DNA of 64,000 bases from Anthoceros angustus (taxonomy: Eukaryota; Plantae; Anthocerotophyta). Numbering within the stretch: position 1 is the first letter of the stretch; each line of letters begins with the position of its first letter. The stretch spans positions 1,240,001 to 1,304,000 of the forward strand of contig VJWM01000044.1 in the NCBI GenBank assembly GCA_010909165.1. The letters run 5' to 3'. The notes below the pieces were generated by a model. That model made no database searches and had not been told where the DNA came from. It saw nothing but the letters and a program-made list of their open reading frames with translations. Both the position numbers and the translations under genes were made by a program. Shown piece after piece: positions 24,762-38,334 of the stretch.

Positions 24762-26261
24762 TCATCGGAATTTCCTGATGGGCAAAGCCTTGCTAAACAG
24801 TTCCTCAATGTCCTTGGCCTCCATCTCGATCTTTTCCAGAAACAGCTTCTCCTCTTCTCCCAGCTGCGTCAAGAGAAACTCCTCCTCCTTCTTCAACTCC
24901 TCAAACCCCATCCCGAGCTTGGCCAGAAGTGGGGACAGCTGCCTCCTCCCGACCTCCTCGACCTCCTCCACAACCTCCTCCACTACCCCCTCCACCAGCT
25001 CCACCTCCTTCATCAAAGCCTCCTCCCCGCTCCAGCGTCTTCTCCACCAGGCCAGCAGGCTGGGCTCAGGCCCGCAGGTGTTGTCGGTGCGCCTGAACTT
25101 ACCGAAATCCAGCCTGACCTTGGCCGCGGCCGTCCGCAGCTCAGGCACGATGGCCTCAGGCAGGACCCGGCTGCGGGTGTACACCACAGCCCCGCCGTAG
25201 CCGTCCCAGGCGTCGTTCTGCCCCCGGTAGTAGACGAAGATGTAGTCGTCCGGCTGGCCCTGCGTCCTGGCGGCCAGGATGTACCAGTCGTCCTGGTAGT
25301 GCAGGAACTCGTTGCCGTGGTTGTAGAGCACGCCGGGCTGGACAGGGTCCTGCACGAAGCGCTGCAAAGCGGTGCGGGTGAAGAAGCCGCCGTCCGGTGT
25401 GGTGATGCGCCAGGAGAGGTTGGCGGTGATGGCGTCCGGGGTGGCGGAGAACTTGTGCAGCTGGCAGTCGAAGGTGTCGAAGGTCGGGTTGAGGCCGCTG
25501 CTGATGTACCAGTCCCCGGAGAAATCCACGATGTTGAAGGCGGGCACCAGGGCGTCCGGGGGCGGGACGGGGTACAGCCCCTCGTCCTGCTTCTGCGGGA
25601 CGCACCCCTTCTTGGACACGGCGCAGTCGTTGAACTGATCCACCACCGCGTTCTCGAACAGATCGCCGCACCCGATCTGGCAGTCCGTCTCGTCGGGCCG
25701 GTTGTTGCAAGACTGGAGGCAGGCCACATTAGCAGCGCAGAGCGGGTCGGCGATGCAGCGGGCCAGCTCCACTCTACACTCCTTGAGCAGGCATGCGCAT
25801 GTCTTGAGAGCATCTGTGGCGTGCACAGGGGGAGCCGCACACAGGAGAGCTCCGGCTGTCATGGCCGTGGTGATCTGCACGGCCATGGTCTGCCATACCC
25901 CGCGCCATAGCCCTGACGGGGGGAGGTTCCTCCTCTCCACCCCGTGCGTCTCGTAGACGGGCCCTGCACTCCAGACCTGCTCCGAGGGCTCCTTGCTCGC
26001 CTTCTCTGCCGGAGCTCCCCTCCATCTCTTCAGATGCTCCCACCTCTCCGCCGTTTCCTTCTCCGCCTGCACCTGCTCCGAATCCCCGGTTCGCCCTGCC
26101 CGGTCCGATGCATATGCAGCAGCCGTTACCGATCCCCTGTAAGGCCGGGATGAGACGCAGGCCGCGGAGCTATAGCTGGATTTCTCCTGCAAACCGGACG
26201 ATTCTGGTGCTCCAACCGACAGCCATCGACAACCACACAGGGCGGACGTTGCGGCGGCCAT
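24762..26261 (-). CDS. VDE: Violaxanthin de-epoxidase (NPQ1), single exon
   Basis: Bipartite transit peptide (VHA|[14 protein letters not shown]), Cys-rich domain, lipocalin core ([36 protein letters not shown]), Glu-rich tail ending ALPIRKFR. Confidence 0.97.
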   Translation of the reverse strand: MAAATSALCGCRWLSVGAPESSGLQEKSSYSSAACVSSRPYRGSVTAAAYASDRAGRTGDSEQVQAEKETAERWEHLKRWRGAPAEKASKEPSEQVWSAGPVYETHGVERRNLPPSGLWRGVWQTMAVQITTAMTAGALLCAAPPVHATDALKTCACLLKECRVELARCIADPLCAANVACLQSCNNRPDETDCQIGCGDLFENAVVDQFNDCAVSKKGCVPQKQDEGLYPVPPPDALVPAFNIVDFSGDWYISSGLNPTFDTFDCQLHKFSATPDAITANLSWRITTPDGGFFTRTALQRFVQDPVQPGVLYNHGNEFLHYQDDWYILAARTQGQPDDYIFVYYRGQNDAWDGYGGAVVYTRSRVLPEAIVPELRTAAAKVRLDFGKFRRTDNTCGPEPSLLAWWRRRWSGEEALMKEVELVEGVVEEVVEEVEEVGRRQLSPLLAKLGMGFEELKKEEEFLLTQLGEEEKLFLEKIEMEAKDIEELFSKALPIRKFR

Positions 26262-27019
26262 TGCTCGCAGTGTTCCTTGCGCAATTCAAATGCGGGGCTG
26301 TGCCCGCATGCTGCTCAACATCCCCTTCAATCTACACCCGAGGACTGTTTAAAGCCAGCCACACAGCGTCCATCCGGGTGTCCTGTTCACAAGCCAGCTT
26401 TGCCTTTTTCCTCTTGTCAATTCCGAGTTTCGTACTTCCACAGTTTACCTTATCCACGCGTCCACAGCCTAGGGAACCCATATGTGTTCAACAGAAAGGC
26501 CGTCTCAGAAGGAAAATATGTACGTTGTCAAAGTGCAGGACTGAAGAAGCCAGAATCGGGGATGTGCATGGCCGAGCCCACAAAAAAAAAATTAACCGCT
26601 TCAAAAACAATAGCTAGTGTCCACTACGTATGCAGGTAATAAGTCTGCCACTCATGTTCCAGGAGTGTCGGTGAGCAACACTAGAAATACATAATGAAAC
26701 AGTCAATTACGGGGAGAACTAGCAGGGCAACTGTACAGCAATCAGTGACCTCTGAAATGCAGTTATGACCAACGCTGCCGGACCGAGCTGTGAGCCCGAC
26801 AGATCTAAAAGCCATGGATGACTTCCCAGCATCAGCTTCCTCCTGAACCCACCACCCTGAACCAAGCAGCTGTAAAATGCACGCCCAATAATCAACTCCA
26901 GCCTGACCAGCTACGACACAGTGGCAACAACAGGGTCCTCAAACCCAAACGGCTCACAATGGTGTGTTCTCAGGGCAGATCAGGATTCCAGGTGTCAGTA
27001 AGCAAAAGAAATGCAAATG

Positions 27020-28518
<1,499 letters not shown>

Positions 28519-28825
28519 GGTAGCGCACGCAGGGCCCCCGCCCGCCCCCGGATCCGAAGCTGGTCAGGCGCTAGCCGAGGTGGAGAATCGCGAGCAGCGG
28601 TGAGTGCAGGCACAGAAATTGCGTGGGCGTCGGAGAAGCAGGGCGGGCGCGAGGAAGACGCAGCAAGGTGTGCAGACAGGACAGATGGGACTGCGGAAAC
28701 CAGCCCAGGACGCGACACGGCACAGGAGAGAGACTGGCGGAAGAGAAGCCAACAGCGAGAGCGCAAAATAAAACCAGTGGCTGTGCTGTCCCGTTAACGC
28801 AATAATTTATGTACAACCCTCAACC

Positions 28826-30298
28826 CTAGACAAGACGTCTCCTTCCTAATTCACTATGCTCGTCTAGTACACAACATTCCGTAAGATGTCCTGCGAATGA
28901 ATGGTCTGACCCGGCCAAGGATGTCCTACGAATCCAAAGGCAGGAATTGCGGAGGAAGGTGCTGTGTCGATGCCTGCACTCCGTCCCCGCAGCTTCCGAT
29001 GTATCAGAGCTATGCCATGCTAGGGCTGGCCTGGGATGATACATTGGAAGATGAAGAAGCCGACGCTTCCTGATGGAGCTTCCGACACGCCTTCTTCTCG
29101 CCTTCCTCCGCCTCTTCTTCAGAGTCCAGGCTGAAGGGGTGCGCGAAACGACGTCCAAGCGCCCCTCACTTTGCTCCCTTGCCAGCTTTGCCGGTACCCC
29201 GTTTGGAGTGTTGAGAAGCAGACGGGGCTGCGACTCCCAAACGAGGCAGAGGCAAGCGATAAGGAAGATAAGGCACAGGTACATGGACCGGGGCAGGGAC
29301 TCCGACGGCAGGGAGTCTGCACAAACACAAACACAAACACAAACACGGAGCATCAAGTTAGCAATCCAGTCTCTGCATGCAACAAAATAAAGTACAGCCC
29401 ACCACAGCGAAGCACAGGATTAGGAAGCAAACAAGCGGTCTAGAAGCCTACCTCTTTCAAGCGCTGCAGGCTCTGCCCCGACACACACCGGGCCATTGTG
29501 CTTCTTCGCACGTTCCAGCTCTTCCCGGAGAGCCAGATTCTCCATGGCCGTGAAGTTGACAGCTTGCTGAAGCTGGTTGCAGTGGCCCTCGAGCACCCTG
29601 CACTTCGCTTCCAGCTCTTTCACGTAGCATTTCTTCCTGGACCTGGACTGGGATGCTGCTTCCCGATTCCTTATGAGCCTGCAACGGAAGGGGCAGGTGC
29701 GAGGGTTAGGTTGAGCGATGACGGGCGAGCCATGGCTACTTCTACTGTCTACTCACTCTCACCTCAACTGCCTCTTGGCATGAGCTTCGTCCAAGCAGCT
29801 CTCGGCAGTGGTTGCAGCAGCCGGCTCGTCCGCGCTTCCAGTAGTTTCGGTTTCGGTGGCGGCATCTTGGGATCCAGCGCCGTCCACAGGATCGCTCCTA
29901 CGGCGCTTCTGCCCCCTGGAAGCACAGTCCTCGCCGGGGGCTGCAACGCACAGCTGCTGCTCGAAATCGGCATCGGCATCGGCATCGGCATCGGCATCGG
30001 CATCGGCATCGGAGTGGCCGGCATCCGGGTTCAGGCAGGCCTCTCCAGCTCCATCCACAGAATTCCACCAGCCCTCGCTGGCCGCACTCCCGCTGTCACT
30101 GGCAAGCGCATCCGAGCTGCCGAGCTGCTGCTGTGCAGCCGCAGGGATGGTGCCAGCAGGGGGGTTGTCGTCCGGGCACAGGAGCTCGGAAATCAGATCA
30201 TCCCAATTCTCCAACTCTCCATCAACTGCAGCAGCCTCCCACAAAGGTGGCTCTGTAGCCCCCCAAGGACATCCCTCAATATCAAACTGGATGTCCAT
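28826..30298 (-). CDS. bZIP60: bZIP60-type ER-stress transcription factor (membrane-anchored unspliced form; introns 29679-29762 and 29317-29451)
   Basis: Acidic N-terminus; bZIP KRQLR|LIRNREAASQSRSRKKCYVKELEAK...ENLALREEL; AEPAALER|DSLPSESL (cf. angiosperm QESAVL..ESL..GSL); TM helix MYLCLIFLIACLCLVW; basic tail KKRRRKARRR. Confidence 0.9.
29298..29473 (-). promoter_or_regulatory. IRE1 twin stem-loop splice site (predicted 23-nt unconventional intron = 29466-29452 + 29316-29309)
   Basis: After spliceosomal splicing the mRNA reads GAGC-CUG^CAGC-GCUU...GACUCC-CUG^CCGUC-GGAGUC. The two CUG^ sites are exactly 23 nt apart. Confidence 0.85.
29966..30011. repeat. (ATCGGC)n hexamer repeat encoding (DA)n in the bZIP60 N-terminus
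   Basis: About 7 perfect units. Confidence 0.9.
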
Positions 30299-31587
30299 GG
30301 GGCAGCCTGCGCTTGTTTCACGCCCGATCTAACCTCTTGGCACACCCCATCAAGCGGCTCAACCCGAGCACTTCAGTCACCACTCAGCGCCTCACCATAG
30401 GCAAGCTGAACACAAAAAATCGCACACCTATTGCTTTCCTGTATGCGTCACAGCCACCGTTGCCACCGAACCCGGGAGTAGCCCTAGCGAGTTGGAGGCA
30501 CAAGCTGTGAAGCACCGAGGAAGGCCATGCTACCCGCCATTGTTTGCTTATATTAACCCTATGTATTAGGCGGTGGCGCGTTGTCCCAGGTTTGTTACCC
30601 AACGCAATCACTATCAACAAAAAGAAATGTAAAAACGATATTTTCATTGGTGCCATTTCCCAAATATACCGGTAGCTCGTGTATGCTATTACAGCACTGT
30701 AGCTCGCTGTGATGAGAGTATATCTCGTTAAGAGTTCCTGTCGGTTCCACCGTCAAGCTGGGAGGAACAATGCTGGGGGGCGGATTCAGGTGTCTAGAGA
30801 GGGAAGCCCACGCTTCGAGAAGGAACACCACTCTTGGGCGTCCATTTCGCCTCAGCTCTGTAGACTATTCACATAAGCACATAACTAGCGATAGACTGGG
30901 AAAATGGAGCGATCTACCTCGTTGTCCAGTACTGGAGTTTTGCGAGTCAGAAAAAGCAGACCGGGAATGTGACGAAGATGGTGCTGAAGGTCGAACAAAA
31001 GACGGAGTAAGACCTTGTGGAGGAAATTTCGGAGGAGAGGCTTGCGCTGGCCTCTGATGAACACTAAAGATGTATGTCACCTTGGCCTCGTCCTACGATT
31101 AAGCAATTTGCAACTGGAAACGAAAGCAGCTAGAGGCTGGCGCGCGGTCGTTAGATAAAAAGGGCGATCTTGAAAGCACCGAGCTTTGAGATTTGGACCT
31201 GTCCGCCTTATCTTTGTATGGAAATGTGAGACGCAGTCTTGAAACATTCACAAGACAGATTGATGCACAGATACAGATGGAGGCAGCCCCTTGTCTACTG
31301 GTACAGCGCCTCCCGCTAAGGAACTGTGTGAGAGTTCACACGAAATCACACATAACGCCAGACCATGCTGGGCGACACCGTCTTGCAACAGCTGGATGCC
31401 ATGCATGTCCCGGCGAAGACTTGATCTGATCGTGTACATGCGGAGATGTGAATGCAACAAGATGCGACCATGGGATGCTGGCGCCCTCCGCCTTGCAACC
31501 TCCTGGTCGCAGCTGCGCCCACTCACCGACAAATCACGTGCCATGATGCTGGCAACTTCGGTGAGAGTAGTGACTGCTGAAAAGTCA

Positions 31588-32916
31588 CTAAGTTTTGGGG
31601 ATAGGAGGCTCCCCACTAATCCGTTTCTGCAAGCCTAAACTTCTGCTGGATGTTGTGGCACCTTCTTCCTCAAGGCCGCGGTGACCTGCTGATGAGAAGG
31701 GAAATATCCAGGGCTTGGCAGGATAATGTTGCCACAAGGTTTGCAATGCTGTCACGCGCATGTCGTTGAGACCCTGGCCAGAGTCCAGAGCTAGCGCGCG
31801 TTCTTTCGGCCCAAGTAATTTGCGGTAAAGCTGCAGTTTTGTTCCCAAGTTGTCGGGCAGATTCAGCAGCTGCTCGGTTCTGCATCACAGCATCAAAGCA
31901 TGAAAGGAGAGGGCATTAGGCTTTCCGGCGCTCCAAATCCACAGTAATTAAAATCTCAAAATTCAATGCAGGTGACTGACCGAGTGATCCTAGGAGTGAG
32001 AATTCCACGTTCACCGGCTCGGGGGATCCGAAAAATGAGGAGCCCCCCGAACAGTAAGTTGAAAAGGATGAAGAGGAGCACAAGTCGCCTGGACTCTCTC
32101 CGGTTGAGCTGAAGATCCCTCTTGCTGACCTTGTGGAAGTTGATGTTGATAATCACCTGCTATTCTCAAGCAACCAACCACAAAAGATAAGACACGAGAC
32201 GGTCGGAAGAAGAAAACGCTGTCCGAGTACTGAAACCTGCGACGAAGAGGAGGGAGAAGGCAAAATACCTCTTCCACTTCGGCCCTGATCGGTGCTGCAT
32301 ACAGGATCTTCCTGTGCTCCACCGCCCCATTCATCCCTGGAACGGGGCTCCAAAACGCGAAAGGAGTCATGCCCTGAAGCACGGCACAAGCTCTCTTCCT
32401 GTCCGCTGCCCCGCAATCCACCTCCTCGATCTCCGAACAGCCCGTGGTTCGCATCCCGTCCTTCCACGCCGTCCCGGCAGACGCAACCTTGCCGCGATTT
32501 TCCGTTGGAGAAGACGCAGCACGGGTGCCACACGACGCCGGCGCCTGAGCCGGATCGGCGGAGTCGGAGTCGGAGTCGAAGCAGAGCGCCCTGGGGTTCC
32601 CATTCCCAGAATTGAGCTCGGACAAGACGACGTCGTTCCCGGACACCTGATCCGGCCTGGAGGCGACCTTCTCGGGCGAGGGCGGAGGCGGCGTCACGGG
32701 CTCACTCAAACATCTCCGCAAGGGCGGCGAGGAGGAATCGGTCCTCTTGGGAGGCCTGGGAGGCGGGTAGAGCCCGCGGAACTCCGACCTGCCCTTGCTC
32801 TTGCTCTTGCTCCTCCTCTTCTTCCTCTCGAAGTCGAAGACGGAAACCGGAGAATCCGGCCCCTGGCTCACAAGCGGGTTCGCAGAACGCGGAACCGCGA
32901 TCGGCCGCTCCATCAT
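31588..32916 (-). CDS. Uncharacterised putative single-pass membrane protein (3 exons proposed)
   Basis: Exon 1 MMERPIAV...EVEE|gt; exon 2 VIININFHKV...LVLLFILFNLLFGGLLIF (TM)...ITR|gtcagt; exon 3 TEQLLNLPDNLG...PKT*. Splice phases are consistent, but no family was recognised. Confidence 0.45.
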
Positions 32917-34811
32917 CCGACAGAAACAAATTGTGGCAGTCGACACGGCAGCGGCAGCGGCAGCGGCGGGAGGGACGAGGCGAGGTCACAGCCTCGCTCC
33001 GCTAGGGCTCCAGCGGAGTCGACAAGGCCGGGAAAGCTCCAACGCAGATATCCTCCCGCATTTCCGAACCCTCAGTCCGCAAGATCAGCAGCCCGGTCCG
33101 TGAAGAGCAGGACGCAGAGGCAAGCAAGAATTCATCCCTCCGACACCAGATCGATCCGGCACGCAAGCCCGCTCACCTCCCAAACGCAGGCCTGCGCGCT
33201 CCCCTCCCGCTCGGGATCCGTGGCAAGGCGGAGGCCGCGGGCAGCAGGAGCATGGCAAGCGGAGTCCGGAGCCTCCAATTCCGGGCCGGGGACAAAGAAG
33301 GAGCGCAGGGGAGCGGGATGCCGCGGGAAGAAGACGCAGCGGCGCAAGCGGTGCGGGCGCGGGAATCGAGGCGGTGCTCAAGACAGGAGAGCGCGTGGGA
33401 GGCGAGCAGCGCATCACAGAGACGATGAGCGCGCGAGGAGGCGAGGAGGGCTCATCAATCAACAGGCAGCAGCATCGGGCGCGTGTTGTATCTTGTGTAG
33501 CGGCTGTTCCGCCATGGCCCCGGGCCCGGGCCCGGCCCCGTCCCCGGCCCCGGTCCCGGCCCCTGCCGCGTCAAGACGTGATGGCGCCTTAACCGCTCGG
33601 GTGGCCAGGGTGTACGTTCTGCCACTCTTCCGAGTCCTGTACCAGCGCCAGAAAAGAAAAGCGCAAGGAGAGCGCGCGTTACGCGGCTAGTGGAGGAGAG
33701 GTAGCTGCCCACCGTATCACCGGCTTCTAATTTATAACTCATCGGGACTCCAGGACTCCGGGACTCCGGGACTGGCCACCGGCCACTGGCCTGCGCCTCG
33801 TGGGTTTCACACGCTTCAAATTCTTGCAACCCTAACTAAAAACCTTGACTGTTTTCGTTTTCGCGTCGCCAAGTCGACTCGTGCTTTGAGATTTTCTTCT
33901 CCGTCCCACCACGCGCCGCGCCACCGCCTGCCCAAAATAGTGCACAAACTCTCCAGCCTGATAATCCTAATCCACACCACGTCCAAATTCGTGCGCTCTT
34001 TCCCAAATTCCCACCCTTGTCCCACCTTCCAGATGCACCAACCAATCACATGCACTACGTAGGTACATATTTCATCTTCTTCTTGTCGTTCTGCCAAAGA
34101 GTATGCAGTACCGGAGGAAACATCGTTGTGGTAGTGACACGGGCTGCCACAGCACACAACATGGGGGCGGTGCAATGCACGCTACAAATGTAGCTATCCC
34201 AGCAGCCCATGCTATTCAGGCTTGGGGAACGGGGAACGGGGAACGGGGAGCGAGAGCGAGTGGAGACACTGGAGAGGTGGGAGTGGGTCTGGAGAAGGTG
34301 TCGTGTCGGCGCTAGCCTGGCTCTGACAGCGTTATGTGAAGAGCCCACCCCACGGGATGCACGCTCTTGCACAAGCCGCACAATGCACACCTGCCTGCAA
34401 CGGGGCCCGTTTCACTGAACGGAACGGCCGCTCTGCCGCGCTGCGGCGTTGCAGCTGGATGGGATGGACATGTAGACATTTGACGAAGCCCATGTGGGCA
34501 GAGCATGAATGACATGCCGCTCTCGCGTCAGCCATGAAGTCAACAATTGCCTGGTTGCTGCCAGGCCCCGGCGCCTCTGGATTCCCCAGCTGTTTCTCAG
34601 CAAACAGGAGTGTTCATTTCACATCTACCTGATTTCATTTCGAAATGGAAGGGCAAGGGTAAGGTTAGGGCTAGGGTAAGGGTAATTCTGTTACAGTTCT
34701 GCTATTGGCCGGCTGCCAAGTCTGTTTGTCAGGGGCATCAAGGGCTCGTCTGGGAGATAATTGTGCGACTGTGGCATGTGCTCATTTACCTTGCCCAACG
34801 GAACCACGTGC

Positions 34812-35232
34812 CGGGAACCAGGCCCCCGTCAGCAGCAGTCACAGCAGCGGCAGAGCCTCTCTTCTCCCACCTGCGAGGCTGCACGCTGTATTCCTTCCGG
34901 CTCTATCCCTGTCGCCCGTCTCCCAAATCATGACAACACGACATCCTCCCTGGACACTTTGCATCCAACATGGACACTTCTCCAATTGCTGGTGCTTCAC
35001 ATAAAAAACCCCGCTGCTCACGGGAACCAGGCCCCCGTCAGCGGCAGTCACAGCAGCGGGAGAGCCTCTCTTCTCCCAGCTGCACGGCTGGACGCTGCAT
35101 TCCTTCCAGCTGTTGGGCTCAAATATCCCTGTCGATCGTCTCCGAATTCATGACACCGCGACATGCTCCCTGGACTCTTCGCATCCAACTTGGACGCTTC
35201 TCCAGTTGCTGCAGGTGCTTCAGATAAGAAAA
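34812..35232. repeat. Diverged tandem duplication (~210 bp x2)
   Basis: CGGGAACCAGGCCCCCGTCAGC... at 34812 and 35021, with scattered substitutions and one short indel. Confidence 0.85.
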
Positions 35233-36485
35233 CACATGCTCCTTTCATGCACACCGGCAGTTTGGTTGGAGATTTTGGACAAGATTTCCGGACATATGTT
35301 GGACAAGACGACAGCAATTCCTATGCAGGCTGACGACAGATGAGCCCAACTCACATGCTTTAGTAATCCCAGTCATGTAAGGTGTGCACTCTTGCTCATA
35401 TGGATCACTACCTTAAGCTTGCTCACATCGACCTCGGCCAAAGCCTGGAATGATCTGCCGGCACCCACATGCTGAACCACAACACACAGTAGCTACTGAA
35501 TTGCTGGAAGAGCCTAGATACCGGTAGGATGTAAACCAACAAGGAGGTAAGGCGAAACAGCCAAAGCATCAAATGCCTGTTGTGACAAAGCTGCATATGC
35601 AGCTTGACTAGGTCGGGGCTCAACAGTGGAGTGCACGTGGCATCCACCACGAAAACACGCCTGCGGACTTCAGCACACTACAAACCCTACGGCAACTCCA
35701 ACCTGACCACCAAATACTTGCCTGACCCTGTTAAGTGGAGTGGTTGACCATGAGCTCATGTTGCCAGGAGTCAGGTTTCTATATGGCCGGAGTGACACAA
35801 GCACTTGCAGACTTTCCAATTCTCACGATTGAAATTAAACGCATCTGTTCATCGCATGGAGGCAAGATAAGGTACTCCTATCTCTCCTTCCATGCAGAGC
35901 GTCTGCTAGTCCCATGACACCCGTAACTGGCACTCTGGAAGACCACGTTAGATTCAAGTACCGACAAGACAAAGTGTTGGGAAAGAGCAACTCATAAACC
36001 CCAGGAGAGATTGTCACTCACGTCAGCAACGGAAGCCATAACTCCTCAGATCCTCCGCCAATGGGATGGACACTTTGTCAAACGCCGCCTGGATGTGCAG
36101 TCAAAAAACAGAGACAGAAAACACCAGCTGACTCTCAGTTCCTGCGACAGGAGATTGGGCGCAGTTTCACAGGCGGACATCCATTCCCTGTGACGCGGAT
36201 TGGACACGGCCGAGGATAACTAAACTCCAGCCACTCCTGTGGAACAACAGGAAGCATGTGTGTTTCCACGAGAGGGATGAGAGCGGGCCGCGGGCTGACG
36301 CCACTGCAGCCGGACAGAAATGAAACCCTAAACCCCCCTGAAGCAGAAGCTGTGTGAGGCAATGCAATGGGGAGCACGTTCTTTGCACTTTCATTCTTCG
36401 CTCATGGCGTGACAGGCCTTTCACGGCCGCACCTATCCGACAGGAACAGCCTCGGGCTCGGGATGTCTGTTCGCACCTACACGGG

Positions 36486-38006
36486 CTACAAGGGGCTGGC
36501 AGCCAGCCAGCGCTGGAAGAGCGCCAGAGCCTCCTCCGGCTTGTACTCCGGGACAGTGTGGCCGGCGCCTTTGACAGTAGCGAAGGTGAGGGTGCCGTGG
36601 GCGTAGCCTCTAGTGTATCCCGCAACCTGGCCCGACACATGCCACGGCCGCCAGTGATCGGAGACGGCGTAGCCCAGGGACCTGGTCCAGGCCTCGGAGC
36701 CGGTGTAGGGCACGCACATGTCGTGGTCCCCGCTGAAGATGAGCGCCCTGTACCCTTTCTCAATGAGCCGGCGATGGATGGGGAGCATGCTTCCGGCGTC
36801 GTGCCAAAAGAGGATCTGGTCCGTGCACAACACCCAGTTCCCTATCTCCTCATGCGGCTGCGCGTGCAGCGCTTCCCTGACGGCCGGGTCGTTCAGCCAG
36901 GCGTTGGCCACGGTGTCGTCCGTGCACGGTACCTCGATGTCGCTCTGCAGCATGCCCCAGGTGGGAACCCTCCCCTCCGGAATGGAGCCGGAGCGCAGCG
37001 GCCAGGCCCGCCCGAACATCCGCTTCCGCACCGGGTGCGTCCGCTGGTTGCTCTCCCCCAGCCGCCTGAAGCTCCGGGGCAGCCTCCCCTTGTCAGTCTC
37101 GGAGGAACCAACCTGCTCGATGACGCTGCTGGGGGAGGACGGGTGGTAGCACGGCTCCAGGATGTCGTACACGTTCACCTCGTCCACCGTGTTGTAAATG
37201 TCCTCGATCTTGCGGATGCATTCCCGGGATGAGGCGTTCCAGAAGCTCCCCCCGCAGGCCGCGTTCGCGTCCGTGTACAGGTCGATGGAGATGAGCCCCA
37301 TCCCGTAAACGAACGGCACCAGCGCGTCCCCGTCGAACTTCTCATCCGTGCACCCGTTCCCGACGATGTAGCCCTTGAGGTTGATGGCGGGCTTCTCGCC
37401 GGCGGCAATGCCTTCCGCCACCTTCCTGGCCAGGGTTGGGACATAGATCCCGGCGTACGACTCCCCGCTGATGAAGAAGGGGTTGGACTGGAACTCGGGG
37501 TAGGCCTGGAACCAGTTGAGGAGGAAGGTGTGGGAGTCCGCCGCCGTCTGCAAATCCCCTGTGAGGTAGTCGGCCTTGGTCTTAGAGTAGGAGTACCCCA
37601 CCCCGGACGGAGAATCCAGGTAGATGATGTTGGCATTTTTGGCCCAGCTGTAGGGGTTCTTCACCAGAGTCGGCAGCCCGTTAGGGTCCGAGGACGGCTC
37701 GAAGTTGAAGGGCCCGTGCTCGTAGATGAAGCCGTCGAAGCTGGAGCATCCGGGGCCGCCATTGAGCCACAAAACCACGGGATCGTTGGCAGGATCCCCT
37801 TCCGATGTCACGAAGTAGTAGTACAGGCTGCGCTCATGCTCCGGGCTCACTGTGATGTAGCCTGCATAATGCTTGGAGGCGAACTCCCCCGAGAACCCTG
37901 GCAGATTCTCCACCAATGCTCCATCCGGTGCCGCTTCCGCCCCGAGCCGCTGCTGCGCCAGCACCGCAAAGAGCAGCAGCGTGCAAAATGCAACCGCCGT
38001 CTCCAT
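36486..38006 (-). CDS. Serine carboxypeptidase-like (S10, SCPL20-like), intronless, copy A
   Basis: Signal peptide; PVVLWLNGGPGCSS; GESYAG (Ser); SGDHDMCVP (Asp); GAGHTVP (His); RKRMFGRAWP linker. Confidence 0.95.
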   Translation of the reverse strand: METAVAFCTLLLFAVLAQQRLGAEAAPDGALVENLPGFSGEFASKHYAGYITVSPEHERSLYYYFVTSEGDPANDPVVLWLNGGPGCSSFDGFIYEHGPFNFEPSSDPNGLPTLVKNPYSWAKNANIIYLDSPSGVGYSYSKTKADYLTGDLQTAADSHTFLLNWFQAYPEFQSNPFFISGESYAGIYVPTLARKVAEGIAAGEKPAINLKGYIVGNGCTDEKFDGDALVPFVYGMGLISIDLYTDANAACGGSFWNASSRECIRKIEDIYNTVDEVNVYDILEPCYHPSSPSSVIEQVGSSETDKGRLPRSFRRLGESNQRTHPVRKRMFGRAWPLRSGSIPEGRVPTWGMLQSDIEVPCTDDTVANAWLNDPAVREALHAQPHEEIGNWVLCTDQILFWHDAGSMLPIHRRLIEKGYRALIFSGDHDMCVPYTGSEAWTRSLGYAVSDHWRPWHVSGQVAGYTRGYAHGTLTFATVKGAGHTVPEYKPEEALALFQRWLAASPL

Positions 38007-38334
38007 CTTTGCGAGCTGCGCTTGCCCGGCTCCGCGAAAGGCTTGCACTGCACGGATCAAGAAATGGATTATGGGACAAAGTAGCATCTTGAAGGAAGAA
38101 AGCTAACGCACATATGTACGTTACAAGTACTCCAGAAAAACAAATTTCTGGCCGGAATGTAAGGAAGTTGGGCTACGGGTCATTCCGCGCCATTCAGTTG
38201 TTCCGCCAAAATTCAAGGCTTCAGTGTGTAGGCATGTAGATAACGTAGCCAACTTGCCACACATTAAGAGAATTTCTTTCAGGTAAAGCTTTCAGCTAAA
38301 TAATATTGGCGGGGACGGCAAATAGCCAGTCTGC

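Noticed and set aside
24408-25910. 500-aa plus-strand ORF
   Set aside because: Antisense shadow of the GC3-rich VDE gene, with no recognisable domain.
29498-30400. 300-aa plus-strand ORF with a GIGIGI repeat
   Set aside because: Antisense to bZIP60; the repeat is the reverse frame of the (DA)n hexamer.
32314-33690. 458-aa Arg-rich plus-strand ORF
   Set aside because: Starts at GTG, is low-complexity, lies in very GC-rich stop-poor sequence and overlaps the minus-strand gene.
36354-37232. 292-aa plus-strand ORF
   Set aside because: Shadow of SCPL copy A.
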